Part shown: one piece after another, positions 57,604-64,000 of the stretch
Position numbering within the stretch: the first letter of the stretch is position 1
Layout: every line of letters begins with the position of its first letter
Source: Terriglobia bacterium
Lineage (GTDB): Bacteria > Acidobacteriota > Terriglobia > 20CM-2-55-15
Length of the DNA stretch: 64,000 nt
NCBI GenBank assembly: GCA_965198225.1
Contig: CBDAOY010000009.1
Span: forward strand, 960,001 to 1,024,000
Direction: 5' to 3'
Position numbers and translations under genes: made by a program
Notes under the pieces: model-generated
What the model was told of the DNA's origin: nothing
Database searches by the model: none
What the model saw: only the letters and a program-made list of their open reading frames with translations

Positions 57604-57826
57604 AGGAGGGGTGGCGCGACGCGCCGGGGTGGTGTTGATAAAAAAACTCCGGACAGCCCTAGACAGCCGCGCAATACTAAAAAACAACCACCCCGTCTGC
57701 GCCGTCGGTGCATCCACCCGGTTAGTCCAACCACCCCGTCTGCGCCGTCGGTGCATCCACCCGGTTAATCCAACCACCCCGTCTGCACCTTCGGCGCATC
57801 CACCCCTCCTTATCCAAGGAGGGGAG
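57604..57826. repeat. Family B repeat expanded with a 43-bp tandem unit (about three copies)
   Basis: CAACCACCCCGTCTGCGCCGTCGGTGCATCCACCCGGTTA starts at 57685, 57728 and 57771 (third copy divergent). Confidence 0.85.
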
Positions 57827-58008
57827 TCGGCTCCTTTTTCCACAGGACTTGCTGACCACTGGCGACTGGCCCTCCGACTCGTCACTGGTCACTCGTCACT
57901 TCTTCTCCCAACTTACGACTCCCTAAACCCTCACGCCCGACCAGCCGATAAGCCATACAGGAACCCGTATTCTGCGGGCAGTTCCTCGCGCACAGCGGTA
58001 AGTTTCAC

Positions 58009-58707
58009 ATGAATCGAATACTGCAGTTTCCGAAGCCGAAAGACATTTCCACTCAGCAACACGACCCGGATCGGCCGGAGGGGATGGGTTCTCACACCGA
58101 TGAACTGACCGGTTTCTACCATCGGCGTCTGTTCGAGGACCGCCTGTCACTAGAGACGGCTCGCTGCCGCCGGAAAGGTGGAGCTCTGTCGGCGATCCTG
58201 GTCGGAGTTGACGGTTTAGAGCAGATGACCGACGAGTTGGAAGGCGCAGAGGGTGCCGACCAGCCTCTGATGTCAGTCGCCGCCATGTTGCGGGAGACCG
58301 CTCGCATCACCGATGTCGTCTGCCGCTGGGGAGGAGATCAGTTCTGCCTGCTCCTCCCGGACACGGATATGCGGGCCGCGACTTTCATCGCCGATCATCT
58401 CCGCGAAGCGGCTGCCTCGTCAGAGGCACGACTCTCCGCGCCGATCTCTTGCAGCATCGGCGTGGCGCAGTGGGACTCATCGAGCGAAACGACCCGGGAT
58501 TTCCTCGACCGGCTCGAAATGACTTTCGTTTCGGCCAAAGACGGTGACGGCAACGTGGGGGGAGTGGCCAACTCAAATGAGACTTCCCACAGACCGACAA
58601 GCGAGCACCCCGAACAGATCGACCCGTCGCGCTGGGGGATGCCCCGAACCTTCTTCGTCGTACCGCCTCTGCCGCCCGAGACCGACGCCACCGATTCCGT
58701 CAGCTGA
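58009..58707 (+). CDS. Degenerate GGDEF-domain protein (GGDQF)
   Basis: TDELTG.Y.RR.F, RITD I-site, RWGGDQF, SIGVA. Confidence 0.8.
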   Translation: MNRILQFPKPKDISTQQHDPDRPEGMGSHTDELTGFYHRRLFEDRLSLETARCRRKGGALSAILVGVDGLEQMTDELEGAEGADQPLMSVAAMLRETARITDVVCRWGGDQFCLLLPDTDMRAATFIADHLREAAASSEARLSAPISCSIGVAQWDSSSETTRDFLDRLEMTFVSAKDGDGNVGGVANSNETSHRPTSEHPEQIDPSRWGMPRTFFVVPPLPPETDATDSVS

Positions 58708-59181
58708 TTCCGGCGATCACCTGCCCTGAGTGCCACAGCTTGTCCCACACCTGAGTTTGTAATCACGAGCGCGCAAAGGTGGCCCCTTCTTTCGAATAGC
58801 AAATCGTGATATTGAGTAATCCCCATTGCAGGTTGGCTCAATGGAAATTGCTTCATTTCGAACATTGGAGTAGCAGCCTTCCGGAGACTGACTGGCATCC
58901 GCGCTCTTATCCGGTCGACGAAGAACCGCTCGAAGCTTCGATCAATGACAACTTGAGCAATTTTCCGGTGTCCAACTTCCAATGTGGATTCGTCCGATGG
59001 CCAATTCTTCGATGGTCCTGGGACCAGGAATTCTCGGTACTCGTTCAAAAAAGCGGAATTGCCAGTTTCCTCATTTCGGAGAGCTTCCTCGGAACATCCG
59101 ATGCTTCATCCGCGTATCTAGTGGCCTGAACGTGACGTGTCGGAGTTTCTACGCCGATCATCGAACTGGAGGAAGACCCTG

Positions 59182-61650
59182 ATGCACAGCTGGATGAATG
59201 ACCTGCGCTACGCGGTGAGGGTGCTTGCGAGGAACCCCGGGTTTGCGGGGGTCGTCGTGTTGACGCTGGCACTTGGTATCGGTGCCAACACCGCGATGTT
59301 CACCGTCATCAACGCGGTGATCCTAAAGCCGCCCGGGGTAGAGAAGCCGGGCGAGCTCGTGAATCTCTACACATGGCGCGCCGGCGACTTCCTGGCCAAT
59401 CAGCCTTCTTCCTTCTACGACTACGAGTATTACCGCGACAACAACCGCGTCTTCGCCGGTTTGGCCGGGTACTCGCTGGCGCCGGCTAGCCTGGGGACGG
59501 GGCGCGACGCGGCGATGGTCATGGGCGAAACCGTTTCCGGCAACTACTTCGAAGTGCTGGGTATCATCCCGGCGCTCGGCCGCTTCTTCCGTCCCGAAGA
59601 AGATCAGACAGAAGGAACACACCCCGTCGTCGTGCTCAGCACCGCCTTGTGGGCCAGCCGTTTTGGTTCCGACCCGGACATCATCGGTTCGGATGTGCGG
59701 TTGAACGGCTTCCCGTACTTCGTCATCGGGGTCGCCCCGGCGTCTTTCTCCGGAGGCATGCGGGGGTTCGCTTCCGATTTCTGGGTTCCATTGATGATGC
59801 TGGAACAACTCCAGCCCGGTACCGACCAGCTGGTGAGCCGGCGCAACCGTTGGCTTTTCGTGGTCGGGCGTCTGCAATCCGATGTCGGCATCGATTCTGC
59901 GCGGATCGACATCGAGACGCTCGCCAGTCAGCTGGCGCTGGACGACCCGAGTGCGGAGGACACCGACACCGCGACACTGTTTCCGACCAACAGGGTCGTG
60001 TTCCTGCCTGATGCCGACAGTGCGATCTTCGCAGTTTCAGGTCTCCTGATGGCTCTCGTGGGAGTGGTGCTGCTGATCGCGTGCGCCAACGTGGCTAACC
60101 TGTTGCTGGCCCGGTCCCTGAGCCGGCGCAAGGAGATCGCCGTCCGGATGTCGATGGGCGCCAGCCGGTGGCGTCTCGTTCGGCAGATGTTGACTGAAAG
60201 CCTTCTGCTTGCGCTTATGGCGGGCGTTGTCGGCTTCCTTGTCGCGCAGTGGTCGGCCCGCGTCCTGGTAGCCGGCGTTGCCGGGGTTCCCCTTCCGCTC
60301 GACATTCGGCTGGCTCTCGATCTTGGCGTCGACTGGCGAATTCTGGGTTTCAGCCTGCTTGCATCAATCGTGGCAGGCATCTCGTTTGGGATGGCGCCGG
60401 CGCTGCAGAGTATCCGGACCGATGTCGTCGGAAACCTGAAGGACACGGCGGGCTCCGTGACAGCCGACAGGCGACGTTTCCGGCTCCGTGGTGCACTGGT
60501 GGTATCGCAGGTGATGCTCTCCCTGATGCTCCTGGTGTCCGCGGGCCTTTTTCTGAGGAGCCTGCTGAACGTACATACGACCGATCCCGGTCTCCGGACC
60601 GACGGTGTCTTCACAGCACAGCTCCTGCCGATGCTGCGTGGCTATGACGAGGAGCAAACACAGCAGTTCTTCGCCCGGGTGATCGACCGTGTGCGGGCCC
60701 TGCCGGGTGTCGAGACGGCGGGTCTCGTCTCCCATCTTCCGCTGACGCTGAGCATCCGGACCAGTGGAGCCCTGCCGGAAGGCCAGCCCGAGGTTGCCCC
60801 GCGCGACTTCCCGGACATCGACAACACCAACGTCTGGCCGGGTTACTTCCAGACCTTGGGTATCGCGCTCCTGTCGGGTCGGGGTTTCCAGGAAGGTGAC
60901 AAAGTCGACACTCCCGACGTGATCGTCGTCAATCAGGCGTTTGCCGAACGGTTCTGGCCCGGCGAGGATCCGGTCGGGAAGAAGGTGCGTACAGGCCGGG
61001 ACGGCCAGAACACGGCGCGAGTCGTCGGCGTGGTTTCCAACGGCCGGTATCGCACGCTCGGAGAGAATCCGCGTCCCTTCATGTACCACTCGATGCTGCA
61101 GCGGTCCGAGGATGTGGCCGATCTCCTCGTCTTCGCGCCCGGGATGCCGGCATCGTTCCTCGAAACTCTGCGGGAAGAAGTCCTGGCCGTCGACGAGAAC
61201 GTTCCGGTAACGACGCTGGCGATGCTCGAGGACCGCCTGAGTCTGGCTTTGTTGTTGCCGCGCATGGGGGCGCTGCTGTTCGGCGTGATCGGCGTCATCG
61301 GCCTGGTCCTCGCCGCGAGCGGAATACTCGGAGTCATGTCCTATGCCGTCAGTCAGCGGACCCGGGAGATCGGCATTCGCGTGGCCCTCGGAGCCGGACC
61401 GTCGAACATTCTCGGTCTGATCGTGGGACACGGCCTGGTCCTGGCCGGTATCGGGGTAGCTCTCGGAACGCTGGCGTCGTTCGGGTTGACCCGTTTCATG
61501 GCGGCCCTTCTGGTTGGGGTCAGCCCTGCGGATCCGATGACGTTCATCGGAGTCGTCGTGCTGCTGATCGGTATCGCGTCACTGGCTTGCTACGTCCCGG
61601 CCCGACAGGCGCTGCAGGTCGATCCCATGGACGCCCTGCGGGCAGACTAG
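59182..61650 (+). CDS. ADOP/MacB-FtsX-type duplicated ABC permease (intact)
   Basis: DLRYAVR.L...PGF, LALGIGANTAMF, LLIACANVANLLLAR, SYAVSQRTREIGIRVALGA, VDPMDALRAD. Confidence 0.93.
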   Translation: MHSWMNDLRYAVRVLARNPGFAGVVVLTLALGIGANTAMFTVINAVILKPPGVEKPGELVNLYTWRAGDFLANQPSSFYDYEYYRDNNRVFAGLAGYSLAPASLGTGRDAAMVMGETVSGNYFEVLGIIPALGRFFRPEEDQTEGTHPVVVLSTALWASRFGSDPDIIGSDVRLNGFPYFVIGVAPASFSGGMRGFASDFWVPLMMLEQLQPGTDQLVSRRNRWLFVVGRLQSDVGIDSARIDIETLASQLALDDPSAEDTDTATLFPTNRVVFLPDADSAIFAVSGLLMALVGVVLLIACANVANLLLARSLSRRKEIAVRMSMGASRWRLVRQMLTESLLLALMAGVVGFLVAQWSARVLVAGVAGVPLPLDIRLALDLGVDWRILGFSLLASIVAGISFGMAPALQSIRTDVVGNLKDTAGSVTADRRRFRLRGALVVSQVMLSLMLLVSAGLFLRSLLNVHTTDPGLRTDGVFTAQLLPMLRGYDEEQTQQFFARVIDRVRALPGVETAGLVSHLPLTLSIRTSGALPEGQPEVAPRDFPDIDNTNVWPGYFQTLGIALLSGRGFQEGDKVDTPDVIVVNQAFAERFWPGEDPVGKKVRTGRDGQNTARVVGVVSNGRYRTLGENPRPFMYHSMLQRSEDVADLLVFAPGMPASFLETLREEVLAVDENVPVTTLAMLEDRLSLALLLPRMGALLFGVIGVIGLVLAASGILGVMSYAVSQRTREIGIRVALGAGPSNILGLIVGHGLVLAGIGVALGTLASFGLTRFMAALLVGVSPADPMTFIGVVVLLIGIASLACYVPARQALQVDPMDALRAD

Positions 61651-61657
61651 TGGCTGA

Positions 61658-62794
61658 TCACTGGAAGCGGAACCGCCGCGCGCCAACCCAGCCTGTGATC
61701 GCGGCGAGTGCGAACATCGCCGCGAGGTGGGGCAGCGCGCTGGCCGGTCCCGCCTGGAAGCTGATCAGACGGTGCATGGCATCCATCGCCCACCCCGTCG
61801 GCAGAAGTTTCTGGAAGGTCTGCATCCATCCCGGCGTGATTTCGATCGGCCACCAGCACCCACCTAAAGCCGCCAGGACGTTCGCGCTGAGCACGCCGAT
61901 TCCGATAGCCTGTCCTTCGCTTCGCGCGAGGTTCCCCAGTAGCAATCCGAGCGACGCGCACACGGCGGCCCAGCCGGTCAGGACCGCGACGATCATCAGC
62001 AGGTCGGGTCCCCAGTCCATCCCGAATATCACGGTGCCGGCCACCATGGCGAACGCGATCTGAACCAGGCCGAGCGCCATCCGGCCACCCCACTTCCCGA
62101 GAACGATCTCGCCCCGGTCGATCGGAGTGGATGCCAGACGCCGAAGCAGGCCCTGTTTTCTCTCGATCACCAGTGTGACGGCTCCGCTCGTGAGCAGGAT
62201 GATCATCGTGAACATCACCATGGTTCCGGGAATTGCCTGCTCGAAACCAGTCGGAATCTCCTGTCGTTCACCCGCAGGGGCGACTTCCAGGGCGAGCATC
62301 CGAGGCATCTCCTCCAGCCGTTCGAAGGCAGCCGGTCCCGGCTCTTCACCAGAGTAATCAGTCGCAACGAGGTCGGCCAGGACGGTGTAGAGAGAGCGCC
62401 CCACCCGGATGTTGTCGTAGTCCTGCCCCAGCCCGGACTGACTGCGGGCAAAGCCCACCACGCCCTTCTCACCGGCCAAAGCCCGCGAGGTGAAGTCTTC
62501 GGGAATCGTCACTCGACGTCCGAACCGGTTGAACTCCTCGATTGTGTCGGGGCGGACGACTTCGTACTCCTGATCCTCGAGCCGACGGACGAATTGGTCG
62601 ACGAGGAAACCGGCGTTGTCGGGGGCCCACACGGCGATGCCTTCCGGTCCACTGGCACCGCTGAAACCGCCCGTCACCGTACCGATGAAGTAGAAAAAGA
62701 CGATCGGCATGATGAAGAGCCAGACGAAGGCCTCCCGTCCGCGTACCAGGTACTGAATGTCTTTGAGTGCGATGAAGCGGGCGTTCCTGGACAT
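61658..62794 (-). CDS. ABC-2 type transporter permease
   Basis: One TM helix, large loop, ER..G.LRRL.STP......GK, LGGCWWP.E..P motifs. Confidence 0.9.
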   Translation of the reverse strand: MSRNARFIALKDIQYLVRGREAFVWLFIMPIVFFYFIGTVTGGFSGASGPEGIAVWAPDNAGFLVDQFVRRLEDQEYEVVRPDTIEEFNRFGRRVTIPEDFTSRALAGEKGVVGFARSQSGLGQDYDNIRVGRSLYTVLADLVATDYSGEEPGPAAFERLEEMPRMLALEVAPAGERQEIPTGFEQAIPGTMVMFTMIILLTSGAVTLVIERKQGLLRRLASTPIDRGEIVLGKWGGRMALGLVQIAFAMVAGTVIFGMDWGPDLLMIVAVLTGWAAVCASLGLLLGNLARSEGQAIGIGVLSANVLAALGGCWWPIEITPGWMQTFQKLLPTGWAMDAMHRLISFQAGPASALPHLAAMFALAAITGWVGARRFRFQ

Positions 62795-62798
62795 TTGT

Positions 62799-64000
62799 TT
62801 ATGCTCCTGCGAACCCGCGAGCCAGTCGCCGGGCGCTCAGAACGAACAGCACCGTTCCAGCCCCGAACATTGTGAAAAACGTCGTGACCAGAACCCGAGG
62901 ATCCTGCCTTTCGAGGAGGATGTCCTTAAGCATTTCCAGCGCCATTCCGTTGGGCGTCCATGCCCCGAGGGTCGCCATCCATGCCGGCATGATCTCTGAT
63001 GGAAAGAAGCTGCCCCCGATCATCAGCAGGGGAAACACGACACTGTTGGTCAGTATCGAACCGGCCCTCTGGCTCGAAGCGTACAGCTGCAGCAGGACCA
63101 TCGCGACGAGGAAGACGGTCCCTGAGAACGCGGTCCACAGGACGGCAAGAGGCAGGTTCAGGAAGGAAAGCTCGAGGTACACCGTGCCCAGCGTGAGGAT
63201 CACGATCGTTACCGAAAGGATGATGGCCCCACCCGAGAGCAGCTTTCCTCCCAAGAGCGGCCCGATGCCCTCCGGCGTGCTCACCGCGCGGCGGAGGGTG
63301 CCCTGATCGCGCTCCCGCCAGACGTCTTCGCTCAATCCCTGCGCCATGAACAGGAGCGACATCACCATGATGCCCGGAAGAAAGAGGACGGCGAAGTTGA
63401 TCGCGGGACCCACGTCTTCGGTTTCGTCGACCGAGGTTTCCAGTTCCAGAACCGGCGGAAACAGATACGTTTCCAATCGAGTCATGGCCTGGTTTATGGA
63501 AACGCTGATGCGGGCGATCTCGGCGTCGTCGAAGGCGTTCCCGCCATCGGGAGGACCCGCGGCGATTTCTTCGATTTGGTCACCGAGAACCCGATGAAGG
63601 TAGAACGTGGCATCGGTCAGGATGCTCAGCGTCTCTTCGACGATACCCGGGAGTATCGTCTGGGCCGGGTTTGTCGTCAGCCGCAGGGTCGTAGGCTCCT
63701 CCTCCAGGACCGCATCCGCGAAGCCTTCCGGTATGACGAGAAGGGCGCTCCCGTCGCCGTCATCGATCCGCCGTCGACCTTCCTCCAGTTCAACCTGCTC
63801 CGCCTGGATCAGGCCCTCGGAGCCCCCGGCCTGCGTCAATGCGCTGAGCAGCAGGTTGCTCAGAAAGCTCTCATCCTGATCGACCACCAGCACGTGAGCC
63901 TGAGGCGCCGGTCCGTCCGTGCCGCCGGTTGCGAGCGTGATGAGGCTTCCGATAATCAGGGGAATGCCCATCCACAGCAGCAGGCCGACAGGATCGCGAA
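62799..64000 (-). CDS. ABC-2 type transporter permease (start beyond the window edge)
   Basis: ERDQGTLRR..STP......GGK, GGSFFP.E.MP.W motifs. Confidence 0.88.
   Translation of the reverse strand, partial: RDPVGLLLWMGIPLIIGSLITLATGGTDGPAPQAHVLVVDQDESFLSNLLLSALTQAGGSEGLIQAEQVELEEGRRRIDDGDGSALLVIPEGFADAVLEEEPTTLRLTTNPAQTILPGIVEETLSILTDATFYLHRVLGDQIEEIAAGPPDGGNAFDDAEIARISVSINQAMTRLETYLFPPVLELETSVDETEDVGPAINFAVLFLPGIMVMSLLFMAQGLSEDVWRERDQGTLRRAVSTPEGIGPLLGGKLLSGGAIILSVTIVILTLGTVYLELSFLNLPLAVLWTAFSGTVFLVAMVLLQLYASSQRAGSILTNSVVFPLLMIGGSFFPSEIMPAWMATLGAWTPNGMALEMLKDILLERQDPRVLVTTFFTMFGAGTVLFVLSARRLARGFAGA

Noticed and set aside
57685-57815. 43-bp repeats as a CRISPR array
   Set aside because: The units are contiguous with no unique spacers, belong to the dispersed family B repeat, and no cas genes are nearby.
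58730-59130. Lower-GC intergenic stretch with short ORFs
   Set aside because: No motif, RBS or structure that I can support; possibly a degraded fragment.

Overview
High-GC bacterial window; ADOP-type ABC permeases, DUF5916 proteins and a solo Clp NBD2 suggest Acidobacteriota (inference). The centrepiece is a ~31 kb minus-strand type IV filament locus (16.4-47.1 kb). It encodes an MSHA-like machine (MshEN-bearing ATPase, platform, PilM/N, PilO, MshL-like secretin, ExeA/MshM ATPase, TPR protein, short prepilin peptidase), a PAS kinase/sigma-54 activator pair and a GAF-GGDEF cyclase. An expanded array of about 14 pilin-like genes follows: seven GspG-type pilins plus two diverged copies of a cassette of mutually paralogous ~400-aa pilins. 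The last member of each cassette lacks Glu5, as tip subunits do. One pilin is interrupted by an antisense nest of three group II intron pieces, one apparently complete and ORF-less. Also present: a ~276-bp MITE in three copies, two REP-like families, tRNA-Lys(CTT), PolX, QueG, Hom, a TMTC-like glycosyltransferase, peptidases and a candidate sigma-54-driven sRNA. Many genes carry frameshifts or abrupt fusion junctions, which may be assembly error or real decay. All calls come from reading motifs by eye; no database searches were run.
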